From contig OZ024742.1 in the NCBI GenBank assembly GCA_964016885.1, positions 190,402,001 to 190,466,000 of the forward strand: a stretch of 64,000 nucleotides of DNA, written 5' to 3'. Each line of letters starts with the position of its first letter. Position 1 is the stretch's first letter. Positions 1 through 12,979 of this stretch are shown here, one piece after another. Source of the stretch: Eledone cirrhosa (Eukaryota). The notes beneath the pieces are model-generated. The model had not been told where the DNA came from, ran no database searches, and saw nothing but the letters and a program-made list of their open reading frames with translations. A program made the translations under genes and the position numbers.

Positions 1-223
1 AAAATACTCAAGGCATGGCTTTTATAGAGGAGTGGTATTAAACCAGAACAATAATATCAATAATAAAATAACTAGATACTGAATAGTTAGACTAATAACA
101 TCAATATAAGTAAGAAATAGAGTGTAATGATAAATCTAGCATATTAAACGAACTGATATGATACAGATGTATGGAATTGACATGTGAAAACTGCTATAGG
201 GTACATGTCACTCTTCTTTCTTG

Positions 224-1037
<814 letters not shown>

Positions 1038-1410
1038 GTTATATAGAGATATATATGTTTATATATGTATGTATATATGTATGCATCTAAGTATGTATGA
1101 CTTCCAGCAACATATATATCTTTTTAATATTATATTTGATCATTATTTTGAACACAATCTACATGAATTAACATTACTGCATTTCAAAACTGAAGCCAAA
1201 CTAAAAATAGGTGAAAATAACAAATAAACCACAATAACACAACTTATATCTTTACAAACATATAACATACTCTGGTATGTTATGTTTGTATTATTTGTTG
1301 TGTATACATATTTGTTAAATGTAAATTCCATATTACATGTAACGATATAAAAACACAAAATACATATTAATGTTATAAAAATATAGTTTATGATAGCAGT
1401 ATAAAATTCA

Positions 1411-1503
<93 letters not shown>

Positions 1504-1761
1504 TAAAGATATAAAAATAAAATACATGCAAATATAAAGTGTATGCCACTGCTATAAAAAGGTTATACACGTTGAAGGTAAAAAATAAAATTTATTTTAT
1601 CGCTGTAAAAATACAAGTTAACGCTATACAAATACAAAAAGTATAATATATATAGAAACATTTAAATATTTTTCTGCAGCAGAGAATTTGATTGAAACTG
1701 GTGAGGTTTCGTTAGGTAAAGTTGAAATCAACGACGCGTTATATATATATATATATATATA

Positions 1762-2160
1762 TATTAATAAAAGGAATTCCAACTTTGTCTGATTTACTCG
1801 TTTTATTTACAATCCTTTAAAATTATAATGATATTATAATGAAATAGTATGGTAGAATATTAAATGTTAAATGTTAATTGAACAAGTACTTTCATGCTTT
1901 CGCAATCTTCAGGTTCATATTCAGTGGTGACAGTCAAGTTTGCAATTTTCAACTCTGAAATTTGCAATTGAAAATTGCAAACTTGACTGTCACCACTGAA
2001 TATGAACCTTAAGATTGTGAAAGCATGAAAGTACTTGCTCAATTAACATTTAACATTTAATATTCTACCATACTATTTCATTATAATATCATTATAATTT
2101 TAAAGGATTGTAAATAAAACAAGTAAATCAGACAAAGTTGGAATTCCTTTTATTAATATA
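1762..2160. mobile_element. Fold-back inverted repeat of HHR element family B (arms ~190 bp, ~14-nt spacer)
   Basis: 1762-1952 is the reverse complement of 1967-2160 with about 4 mismatches. Each arm carries an HHR. Confidence 0.85.
1880..1916 (-). ncRNA. Minimal type I hammerhead ribozyme (family B)
   Basis: Minus strand gaac-CTGAAGA-t tgc gaaa gca t-GAAA-gtac-TT-gttc. The plus-strand twin at 2004-2040 has a mutated core (CTTAAGA). Confidence 0.85.
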
Positions 2161-2207
2161 ATCTTCTATACACAATCATACACACCCGTGTATATCGTGT
2201 ATATTTC

Positions 2208-2258
<51 letters not shown>

Positions 2259-2262
<4 letters not shown>

Positions 2263-2862
2263 AAAAATTTCGTATTTCTAAAGAAATACGGTTTTAGGAA
2301 GCCATAGGATTGACTGGCCTGAATTGCATAGACGGTTGTCCTCCTTGCTTCTGCTGGACACCACCAGAGGGCGTCACCCCCCCCCCGTGTTTGCATAGCT
2401 ACGGCTTCCTAAAACCGTATTTCTTTAGAAATACGACATTTCTATACATATTGTATAAAGCTATGCTTGAAGCGAAATCTTATTTATTTTCTATTATAAG
2501 TTGAGCCAACTTATGCAGCTTCATATGGAAATGAGATTAATCCCCTCATTTACACAGACGATTTCTTGACTGATTTCATGTCCAGCAGTAGCAAGCGGTG
2601 GGAGGGACCGTCCTGACGAAGTCCAGTCAAGCCTGAAATGCATAGACGGTTGTCCCCCTTGCTTCTGCTGGACACCACCAGAGGCGTTAGCCCTCCCCCT
2701 CCCCCCCCGGTGTTTGCAAAGCTACGGCTTCTTAAAACCGCATTTCTTTAGAAATTCGAAATTACTATACATTTTGTATAAAGCTATGCTTGAAGCAAAA
2801 TCTTATTTATTTTCTATTATAAGTTGAGCCAACTTATGCAACTTCATATGAGATTAATCACC
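2259..2862 (+). mobile_element. Non-coding HHR mini-element, family C: inverted 5' stub plus ~1.7 tandem units of ~315 bp
   Basis: 2317-2545 is repeated at 2632-2862. 2259-2308 is the reverse complement of ~2397-2447. Second locus at 18297-18810. Confidence 0.8.
2607..2650 (+). ncRNA. Minimal type I hammerhead ribozyme (family C)
   Basis: accgtc-CTGACGA-agtc cagtcaa gcct-GAAA-tgca-TA-gacggt. Confidence 0.85.
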
Positions 2863-3449
2863 TAATTCGCTTAAAAATATTTCTTAAGTAATTAAAATAT
2901 AAAACAAATATGTCTCTCTTTCAATCTACTCTCTCACAACCACTATCTCTTTCTCTCTATCTTTCACTCTCTCTATTTATGAAGGTACCGGAAAACTCCC
3001 TTTTTATGAAGGTATCTGAACCCGTACTTCGATTTACGCGAAACTCGTTTTATTCCATTTGTATTTCAGGGGCAATTTCCTTTCAAAGTATTTTCCTATT
3101 TTGTTTTGGCTGTATTAAATTACAGACAAGCACACAATCACAGTTGTAGTAGTATATTGATAGATAGATAAATTCAAAATAAATAAACACCACCAAAAGC
3201 ACTACCACACTACTACCACCACCACCACCACACTAATACAAAGACCACCACACCATCACCACCCTCAGCCACTACATATTTTAAACTCCTGTCAATTAAT
3301 TAAACAAAAGCACAACACCAACAAAAAGCGCCCCCCCCCACACACACACACAGCCGAAGGGTTCAAAAGGTGATGTAGGAGATGGAGAACTTTGTCGTTC
3401 TTTACAGAAGATAAAAAAACATTTGTTGTTTCAAAGTAAAACATATTTT

Positions 3450-5225
3450 AATGGGATATATAGAGGGAAAGAGAATTTGGTGGTTTAGTGAGAGGGGGCA
3501 TTGTGAGAGAGTGTGAGGTATGTAGGGAGATATAGAAAGAGGGAGATAATTTGTTGGTTTAGTGAGAGGGTATTGTGAGAGTGACAGAGAGTGAGGTATG
3601 TAGTGGAATATAGAGAGGAGGAGAGAATGTGTTGGTCTAGTGAGAGAGGGGGAATTGTATGAGAGAAAGAGAGAGTGTGTGTGGCATGTAGCAGAATATA
3701 GAGAATGGGAAAGAATTTGTTGGTTTAGTGAGAGAGGGAGAATTAAGGCAGTGAAAGATAGTGAGTTATATAGTAGAATAGAAAGCGGGGAGAATTTGGT
3801 GCTCTAGTGAGAGAGAGTGGGGTATTAGTGGCATATAGAGAGGGGTGAGATTTTATTAGCTTATGAGAGAGGTGAGAGTTTATTAGCCTAGTGAGAGTGG
3901 GGAGTTAAGAGGGTGAAAGAGAGTGAGGTATGTAGTGGAATATGAAGAGGGGGAGAGAATTTGTTGGTTTAGTGAGAGAGAAGGTATTGTGAGAGTGAGA
4001 AAGAATGAGGTATGTATTGGTATATATAGAGAGGGAGAGAAATTTGTGGCCTAGTGAGAGAGGGGGAATTGTGAGCGAGAGTGAGGTATATAGTGTGATA
4101 TAGAGAGAGGGAGAGTATTTGTTGGTTTAGTGTAAGAGGGGAATTAAGACAGTGAAAGAGAGTGAGATATGTAGTGAATATGGAGAGGGGGAGAATTTGG
4201 TGGACTAGTGAGAGAGAGGGAATTGTGTGTGAGAGAGAGGGAGTGATGTGCGTAGTAATGGGGAGAGTTTGTTGAGAGAGGGGTAATTGTTAAAGAGAGT
4301 GAGGTATGTAGTGAGATATAGAGGCAGAGTGAATTTGGTGGTGTAGTAAGAGAGGGGGAATTTTGAGAGAGAGAGTGAGGTATGTAGTGGTATGTAGAGA
4401 GGGGGAGAGAATTTGGTGGTCTAGTGAGAGAGTGGGAATAGTGTGAGAGAGTGAGGTATGTAGTAGGATATAGAGAGGGAAGATTGATTGGTGGTCTAGT
4501 GAGAGAGGGGGAATTGTGAGAAAGAGTGAGGTATGTAGTGGTATAGAGTGAGGGGGAGAGAGTTTGTTGGTTTAGAGAGAGAGAGGGGGGAATTAAGTGC
4601 GTTGAAGAGAGTGGGGTATGTAGTGGATATAGAGAGGGGTAGAGAGTTTGGTATTCTAGTGATAGAGGGGGAATTTTGAGAGAGAGTGAGGTATGTAGTA
4701 TGATATAGAGGGTGGGAGAGAATTTGTTTGTTTAGTGAGAGAGGGAGAATTAAGAGAGTAAAGGAGATTGGGGTATGTAGTGGATATAGGGGTAGAGAAT
4801 TTGGTGATATGGTGAGAGAGATGTAATTGTGAAAGCGTTAGAGACTGAAGCATGTAGTGTGATATAGTGGGGGAGAGAGAGTTTGGTGGGATAGTGAGAG
4901 AGTGGGAATTACGAGAGTGAAAAAGAGTGAGCTATATACTGGTATATAGAGAGGGGAGAGAATTTGGTCATCTAGTGTGAGAGGGGTAATTGTGAGAGAG
5001 TGAGGTATGAAGTGGAATATAGAGGGTGGAGAGAGTTTGGTGGTTTAGTGAGAGAGGGGAAATTGTTAGAGAGAGTGAGGTATATAGTGAGATATAGAGA
5101 GGGGGAGGGAATTTGGTGGTCTAGCGAGAGAAGGAATTGTGAGTGTGAGGAATGTAGCGGTATTTAGAGGGGTGAGAAAGGTATATTGTTTTAGTGAGAG
5201 AGAGGAAATATTTTGAGAGAGAGTG
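3450..5225. repeat. Diverged purine-rich minisatellite, ~60-bp unit, about 28 copies
   Basis: Recurrent gagagagtgaggtatgtagtgg..atatagagaggggg.agaatttggtggtctagtgagagagggggaattgt. Confidence 0.9.
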
Positions 5226-5390
5226 ACAATATAATTGTAGGACGGAAGAGAACTGTTTTGATATTGGGTTTCGCAGGAAAGTGGGTGTGTATATGAGTGT
5301 GTGTGTTTATATATATATTTGTGTGTGTATATATATATGTGTGTATGTGTGTTTATATGTGTGTGTTTATGTATCTATCTATATATAAAT

Positions 5391-5468
5391 AAAGGGTGCC
5401 CCAAAGAAATGTATACACACTGGTTAGAATGTTGTTGAAGTGTGTATACATTTTTTGGACATCCTGTA
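5391..5468. mobile_element. Tiny Tc1/mariner-like MITE
   Basis: Imperfect TIRs agggtgccccaaagaaatgtatacacact / agtgtgtatacattttttggacatcctg, followed by TA. Confidence 0.6.
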
Positions 5469-5586
5469 TATATATATATAGTAATAATAATAAATTTAAA
5501 GACTGAAATCCAAAGAGGGCTCGATAAGGATAAATATATCAGATATATAAGAACCGTAGAGCAAATATTTATTATATATATATATA

Positions 5587-6282
5587 TTTCTTTAAGTCGT
5601 TTGGAAGCCTCGACAATGCAGATGGGTAAATCTCCGGGTAACAAGATCCGGTGGAGGAGAGAGAGATGTAAGTGGGTGTACGTTGAGATGCGTGGCGTGT
5701 ATAAGACTGTAACGTGTAGAGGAATGAAGCAAAAAGCGTAAAGGATAAAAATAAAAATAACAACACGAGAAAGAGTTACCTTGGGATAGATTTAATTGTC
5801 CCTATATATTTCTGATTCACATCCATCAACTGGGGTTTTTTTCTTGGGGGGTTGTCTGTCGGAAAGGTGCGAAACGTGTCCTCCGCTGTTCGTTGTTTTG
5901 AATATCTGAGGTATTCAGCAGAGCGCGCATGCGCGTGAAATGGGGTCGGTCAGGCGGAGGTCGGCGGCCGAAGTAGTTCTTTTATTGTGGGAGTGGGGTG
6001 GCGTTAGCTGTCAGTCCATTCTCTGCCTGTTTGGTGAATGTTACTGTGTGTGTGCGTGTGTTGTCTCGCTTGAGTGTGTGTGTGCGTGTGTTGTTGCCTT
6101 GTTCCTCTGTATTGACAGTGTAGTATGTTCGTATGGTGGAATGCTACTGTGTGTGTGTGTGTGCGTGTGTTGCTGCATCGTTTGTTAACTTAAACCAACC
6201 ACCTCATTTCGCTTCTCTCGGTTCGGTTGTTTAATTGTGGCCCTAGGCGTTTGATCCAAAGTGCTTCCTTGATACCTAACGT
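5587..6282 (-). mobile_element. 5'-truncated PLE family D (GIY-YIG C-terminal tip plus 3' UTR/pLTR)
   Basis: Homologous to 43742-44470 and 53957-54880, the last of which encodes GIY-YIG. All three share the same 3' end at (TA)n. Confidence 0.85.
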
Positions 6283-6381
6283 ATATATATATATATATAA
6301 TATAAGATCAAAAGATGGTTAAAAGAGTTCCAAGTATTTTATTATGCGCATCTTTTGATCTTATATTATTTATAATTTATA

Positions 6382-6512
6382 CGTCCCTTTATGATCTGAG
6401 TTCAAATCCCGCCGAGGTTGGCTTTGCCTTTCATCCTTACAGGGTCGATAAAATAAAGTACCAGTAATGCACTGGGTAATTGCTGGCCTTGTGCCTAAAG
6501 TAGAAACAATTA
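6382..6512 (+). mobile_element. tRNA-derived Meta-domain SINE, 5'-truncated
   Basis: B box gagttcaaatc, central gccgaggt..ctttgcctttcatccttac.gggtcgataaa, tail aaagtagaaacaatta. Confidence 0.85.
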
Positions 6513-6595
6513 TTTATACTCCAGTCCTACAAATTGTAGAGTGTTACTTATCCGATATTTTCATTGCTTTATTTATTACAATAAAACTCACCTCC

Positions 6596-6736
<141 letters not shown>

Positions 6737-7066
6737 GTGAGTATTTGTCTATCTATATTTATATATACATCTATCTATATTTACATCCAGTGTCGGGCTA
6801 GATCGATACAGATCGAACCATTTCGTATCCATATCCGTAAAATATAGTTATGGGTTCCGTATTTTGGGGGGATACAAATAATTGTTCCATTATGCTACTG
6901 TTTGCTTTCTATTGGACATGGTATGATATGATCTCGTAACTCCTGATAGAGTCGTAGGGGCACAATACTGACATACGGCGTCTCTTGAGCATTTTAAGCC
7001 TGGCGGAGCCCATAGCCCTCCAGGCCTGAGTACAGCAGATTTCTTCCAGAGATTGGAAGAATCAAC

Positions 7067-7300
7067 CCCCAGTACTATACCGGTACGCTTTTCATCGACC
7101 TCGAAAGGATGAAAGGCAAAGTTAAGTTAACCTCGGCGCGAACTCAGAGAACAGGCAGCCGGAACGAATATCATAAATCATTCTATCCGACTCTAACAAT
7201 TCTACCAATTCGCCGCCTATGGATATAACTGTTTCTACTTTTGGCACAAGGCCAGTAATTCACCAGTACATTACTGGTACTTTATTTTATCGACCCTGTC
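7067..7300 (-). mobile_element. Two fragments of the Meta-domain SINE
   Basis: aaggatgaaaggcaaagttaa..cctcggcg and gtttctacttttggcacaaggccag motifs in reverse orientation. Confidence 0.7.
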
Positions 7301-7559
7301 GATGGATATAATTGACATGGAAAAGTCAGTTGTATCCTCGGCTTTACATAAATAATTCTATCCCACACTATTAAATAATTCTATCCCACACTATTAAAAA
7401 GTAGAGTGGGGGTTGAACTATTGGTGGAATATAGAAGAAGAGAGAAAATTATACTTTATGATATTTCTTGTAAAAAGTCTTATTATATAGAATATTGAGA
7501 TATTTAGGGGATGAGAAGGAGGGTGAGAAGAAGAACGACCACAGCTACTACCATATACT

Positions 7560-7577
7560 TCTGCTGTTGCTGCTCTG

Positions 7578-7630
<53 letters not shown>

Positions 7631-7760
7631 GCTACTACTACTACTGCTACTGCTGCTGCTGCACTTCTACTACTACTACTACTACTGCTACTGCTGCTGC
7701 TGCTGCTGCTGCTACTGCTACTACTACTACTACTACTACTACTACAGCTGCTGCTGCTGT
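7560..7760. repeat. Compound (CTA)n/(CTG)n microsatellite
   Basis: Direct inspection; the other half of the array lies at 9341-9465. Confidence 0.95.
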
Positions 7761-7761
7761 T

Positions 7762-9340
7762 GTTTTTTTCTTACCGCAGGCGCCTGAGGATAACCCTCAG
7801 TAGCGCTAGACAGGTGTGTGGGAGACGCACGAGTTCATCCATGTTGGAGCCGAGTTGGTGGTGATAACAATCCACCACCAAGGCCGGACATCTCATCCAA
7901 AGATGTTCGGAGGATTCTTCTTCCTCTCCGCACAGACGGCATGTGTTTATTTCCGCTTGGCCGATCATATGGAGCCATCTCCTTAATGACGTGTGATGTC
8001 TACTGTGGAAGCGGACGAGATGGTTCCTATCTGCTTTGGAGAGAGTTTGCTCACTCTCTTCATTTGGGTGGCGGCTAAAGACTGATTGTTGACGTTGATG
8101 CTGGATCAGTGGTGGGCGAAATTCCCGGCAAATGACGGCGCGTTGGGTGGTGGCATCGATTGAACTTTCCAGCCTGGGGAGCCGTACTCGGTCAGGCTGC
8201 GGTGCACTGCGATGTATACTTGACGAAGATCTTCGGTATGCCAGCCCCAGGAGGTACCCTCCAAGGATGCGCAGGATATTGACGCGCTGTTGAAGTTTTT
8301 GGCAGATCTTTTTAACATGTTCCACAAAGGAGAGTGTCCTATCATATGTGACGCCCCAAAAGACGGGATTAGCGTTAAAGGATAGTCTTACCTAGTCAAT
8401 AGTAAAATTTGGTTGCCGCCTCGCTTCTGCACTGGATGTTCCAAAGAAGGTTGTCTCGCATTTTGTTGTGTTAATTGGGAGTTTAACTTCTTTACTCCAT
8501 GCTATCACTTTATCCACTTCCTTTTGTAACCGTTGCACTATTTCCTGCTTTTTCTTACCGCAGCACGCGATAGCAAGATCATCGGCGTATGCGCTGCTGA
8601 CATGTGTTGTGTTGTCGAATTGATCGAGTAGACCATTTATGAAGATTGTGAATAGCATTGGTGAAAGGATGGAACCTTGTGGTAGCCCTTCTTTAAACAC
8701 GCGACTGCGACCAGTGGTCCCATTAATTCGGAATCTTGCTATACGGTTTATAAACCTGGCGGATAACCACTCGATGAAACGCAGGGGAATGCCAAGCCTC
8801 ATCATATCTTGCAGCAGTCTTGTTCTCCACACACGATCATACGCACGGCTAAAGTCGAAGAATGTAGCAACGATGCGGTTTCAATCCAACGAATGGAACC
8901 CATCTTAAATGAACTGGGACAATCGGAGGCACTGATCGGTGGTGTTGCGCCCCTTTCTGAAACCAGATTGCCAGGGGCTAAGAATGGAGTGTTCCTCTAG
9001 CCACAAAGTTAACCAGTTCACAATCAAACGCTCTAAGAGCTTCCCTATCGTTGAGGTTAGCGCAATTGGTCGATAACTCCCCACGTCCGCCGGATCTTTC
9101 CCTTTTTTATGAAAATGGACGACAGTCGCCATTCGCCAATCTTGTGGGCACCAATTCTCCAACCAGCTGAAATTTAGTAGGTCTAACAATGTTTTTAAGG
9201 CCATTGTTGGTAGGTGTTTGATGAGATCTGGTGCTATCTGGTCGGGACCAGCCGCTTTCCCAGCTTTTATTTTGTTCAATGCTTTCTGTGGTTCGTCGAT
9301 AGTGAAGGCTGCTTCAATCTTATGTCTTGGTGAATTTCGA
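7762..9340 (-). pseudogene. 5'-truncated, frameshifted non-LTR retrotransposon ORF2 (RT + C-terminal CCHC), I-group/Ingi-like
   Basis: KAAGPDQI, SYRPIALTSTIGKLLER, QSGFRKGR, GLPQGSILSPMLF, AYADDLAI, CRLCGEEEESSEHLWMRC across several frames; short simple-repeat tail. Confidence 0.9.
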
Positions 9341-9427
9341 GCTGCTGCTGTTGCTGCTGCTACTACTACTACTACTGCTACTGCTACCACCACCACCACC
9401 ACCACCACCACCACCACCACCACCACC

Positions 9428-9465
<38 letters not shown>

Positions 9466-10053
9466 AAAAACAACAAGAACAACACACATTTTTCCATACT
9501 AATATTTCTAAAAATTCAGTTATAAAAAGAGGAAGACATGTTTAGTAAATGGCTAAAAGCTATGATAGCTACTAAAACACATCGAATATGGTGACGGGAA
9601 CCAATTGTCTGTTTTTTTAAATTTCCAAATTAACACAGATTTTTTCCATATATAGAACTAATGCTAGGTTTCTTATTTTAACTTTGTTTTGTTTGCTTCT
9701 ATATTTTTGTAATTTTTTTTATTATATTATAATTTTATTAATTTTTATTAAATATTAAAAAAAAATTTTTCGTTCTTGTCAAATATAAAATAAATTTGGA
9801 TTTCCGAATATTTATTTTTTATTTTTTTCACTCTTCTATGTTTTTCTCTTTTTTTTTATATTTGTCTCTCTCTCTCGGTCTTACATTTTCTTTCTATCTC
9901 TCATATTCTCTCTCTATGTCCCCCCTCTTTCTCTCGTTCGCCCTCTCTCACACATCTTCATTTCTCTCTCTGTTATATATATTTCAAACACACTCACCCA
10001 CTAATATCACGAATATATATTTATATTTGAGGAGACATGTATATAGAGATATA

Positions 10054-10217
10054 TGTGTGTACAAGTGTGTATACAAGTGTGTGTACAAGTGTGTGTGCAA
10101 GTGTGTGTACGAGTGTGTGTACAAGTGTGTGTATGAGTGTGCGTACGAGTGTGTGTATGAGTGTGTGTATGAGTGTGTGTATGAGTGTGTGTATGAGTGT
10201 GTGTATGAGTGTGTGTA
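10054..10217. repeat. 12-bp tandem repeat gtgtgtgtacaa/gtgtgtgtatga
   Basis: About 13 units, grading from the ...acaa to the ...atga variant. Confidence 0.9.
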
Positions 10218-10395
10218 TTTAAAGATGTCCGGATGAACGTGATAGAAGCGGAAAATTCCGAGTAGTAACGGTTTCAATGAAAATTACACTTATATATATA
10301 TAAGTGTAATTTTCATTGAGTCAGTATATATATATATATATTTCTTTTATTTATTTTTTTTTTTTCGAGGTTTTTGATATGAAATCGTGTGTCGA

Positions 10396-10977
10396 AACAA
10401 ATATTGTTATACTTGGGGAGGGTCATATTGTTGTAATAATATTACCAGAAATGATAACAGAACATAATCACTGTTTGGTTGGTTTTCGCTTCTGTATCTT
10501 TTATATCTCCACAGTTAATTCATTCGGTCCTCAATATTTACCATTGACTGACCAACGGTCAAAAATACAGATATAATATAGATATAAACACATATATATA
10601 GTCTAACAAAGTTCTTTCGTTGGACTTTCTGCAACATGATCAGTGATACTATTATGTTCCTCCTGTTGTATTGTATATCTACGCCAGAAAAAATGGCGTA
10701 GATATACAATACAACAGGAGGAACATAATAGTATCACTGATCATGTTGCAGATGTGCAACGAAAGAATTTTGTTAGACTATATATATGTGTTTATATCTA
10801 TATTATATCTGTATTTTTGACCGTTGGTCAGTCAATGGTAAATATTGAGGACCGAATGAATTAACTGTCGAGATATAAAAGATACAGAAGCGAAAACCAA
10901 CCAAAGAGTGAGTGTGTTCTGTTATCATTTTTGGCAATACTATTACAACAATATGACCCTCCTCAAGTATAACAATA
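10396..10977. mobile_element. Fold-back inverted repeat of repeat family E (arms ~290 bp, 7-nt loop)
   Basis: Apex tctacgcca-gaaaaaa-tggcgtaga. Single-arm copies at 17952-18230 and 22629-22860. An HHR-like 3' half (GAAAcaaatattgTT) lies at the left end. Confidence 0.8.
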
Positions 10978-11071
10978 TATATATATATATATACTTGGGA
11001 TAACTTTGAAAGGTTTCGGCTGGCATTGACCCAGGCCATGTCTAAATTAATAGCATTACGTATATAATATA

Positions 11072-11690
11072 CTAGCAGTGGTACCCGGCGTTGCACGGGA
11101 TAAGGTATTTTGGAACGCGGGCTGCCAACAGACCTAATCGTGGAAAAACTGCATGCCTGGACAATATGTCAAGAAAATAAACCGAATACTCTAATGGCTG
11201 GATACTCTTTAAGATTTTCCTCGATGAAACAGGAAAAATGCATGTTTTCACCTAATGCGGGCTCTAGGGGATCAAGAAAATGAATTTTTTTTATGTGCCT
11301 AATATGCTTTGAAATTTCAGGAAAATCGGCTAGACGTAACGCCTCCAAAAAGCCCTAAAAAGCTGAAAAAAAGATGTTTTTCACCTAATGCGGGCCCTAG
11401 GCCATAAAAACGTTGGATTTTCTTTGCTCACGCTATGAAGAAGAGACTGACTAATACATAGTTACAATTTCAAGGAAATCGGTCTGACGTAACGCCTCAA
11501 AAAACCCCTAAAAAGCTTAACAAACGCAGTTTTTCACCTATTGCGGCCCCGAGGAGAACAAAATGTTGAATTTTGTATGTGCAAAAGACTCCCTGAAACA
11601 TAAGTAATACACATGTAACGTTTGAAAAACATCGGTTGAGTACTTCTCGACAGCAGACATACAGACAGATATTATAAGGGAGCGACGTTA
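11072..11690 (-). mobile_element. Non-autonomous Helitron, 5'-truncated
   Basis: Minus-strand 3' end: hairpin cccgtgcaacgccggg + 8 nt + CTAG|T. Homologous to 24497-25150. Confidence 0.8.
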
Positions 11691-12177
11691 TGGTGTCTTA
11701 GCTGCATCAGTTGTCAGCCATAATCAAGCAGTATTCATCTGTCGAGGCTGCATTGTGTGAAATCTGCCTATGGGTAACAAGATGGCTGCCAAAGGGCATA
11801 TAAAGGATTCATTACCAGTCAACCCCCTAACACTCTTGATCACCTGTTTAAGTGCTTCTATTACATGTAACACTCTGCCACACTATAGCATTATATAAAC
11901 AAGACGCACGTGCTTGCCACACGTGTAACTATTGCACTCAATAACTGCTTACGACTATCCTATCGCATTAATTTCATGTTGTATTTTAACCTGTATTTTT
12001 GATTTTATCCTCTTTTAATATGAATGTAACCTCTAAATGTATACTGCCACACTAAATGCTGTAATGGATGTCGACCCACCAAGCAACAATGTTTGCATAT
12101 TTTGGCAATACTATTATGTATCTGTATGTCTCTTGGCTTGAAAAGGAGGTCATATAAGTGTTCATTCATTAATAAAT

Positions 12178-12224
12178 TGCTCCGAAGAATCCAAACCTCG
12201 GTTTGGAGGAAACAGTTGTAAGTA
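12178..12224 (+). ncRNA. Degenerate minimal hammerhead (U4C) at the 3' end of a PLE-like remnant (~11690-12262)
   Basis: tgct-CCGAAGA-a tccaaacc tc ggtttgga g-GAAA-cagttg-TA-agta, followed shortly by (TA)n. Confidence 0.6.
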
Positions 12225-12259
12225 TAAAAATGTTTTGAACAGATCTTTGATTCTTATAA

Positions 12260-12320
<61 letters not shown>

Positions 12321-12323
<3 letters not shown>

Positions 12324-12687
12324 TACTACTGTACGTCTGTATACATATATGTATGTACGTATACTTACTTATATTTAAGTAACAGCCGTACTAAGAGTGC
12401 GAAATTTCGTTTCATTTTTTCCGTTTATCGTTTTCGGTACCCCGGCCGATTAACTCACTCGATATGCAAATTAGGCTGTTCAGCCGTTAATATGCATAAG
12501 GAAAGTATATACTTTCAGACGTTCATCCATCTGGCAGGAAGGTATACGTTTCTGACGATAGCTAATAAGCTTGAAACTAGCACAGCGTTCCTTTGTCAGT
12601 GTTGAACAAATGAGCAACGGTGGTTGCTAGACACTGTACGGCTTAATTCGGGATGTTTGTTTCCAAACACACCGATAATTATAATAA
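12321..12687 (+). mobile_element. Family A HHR mini-element copy, cleavage site mutated
   Basis: Aligns with 398-755; CTGACGA...GAAActagCA at 12552-12582. Confidence 0.8.
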
Positions 12688-12717
12688 TGTTATTTTGTTG
12701 TTGGTTCATGAGGCTGG

Positions 12718-12979
12718 TGTAGTCTGCGACCAAGAGAGAAAGAGAGTAATGGTCTGTAGACCTCTGCGGCCTGAAAGTAGCGGTGAATCTTTCACATAGC
12801 TTGTAATAGCGTACTGCTCCGGTCGCTCTGTATAAAACCAGGGAACATACAGGCTTTATATACCTGTCGCTTTCTGTCTCCCACCTCGAGGGGATAGCCC
12901 ACGCATGAACCTGTTCACACCAAAAGGGTGGTGACCTAGGTGTCACCCAAGGTTCAAGGCGTGGACAGATCTCACTACA
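12718..12979 (-). mobile_element. Possible solo LTR
   Basis: Inverted termini TGTAGT...ACTACA and a minus-strand TATATAAA. The start tgtagtgaga matches the LTR at 51587. Confidence 0.4.

Noticed and set aside
3010-3060. Hammerhead-like ctgaacc..cgta..tacgc gaaa ctcg tt
   Set aside because: G8/A9 are absent and the core is not conserved in the homolog at ~59870-59915.
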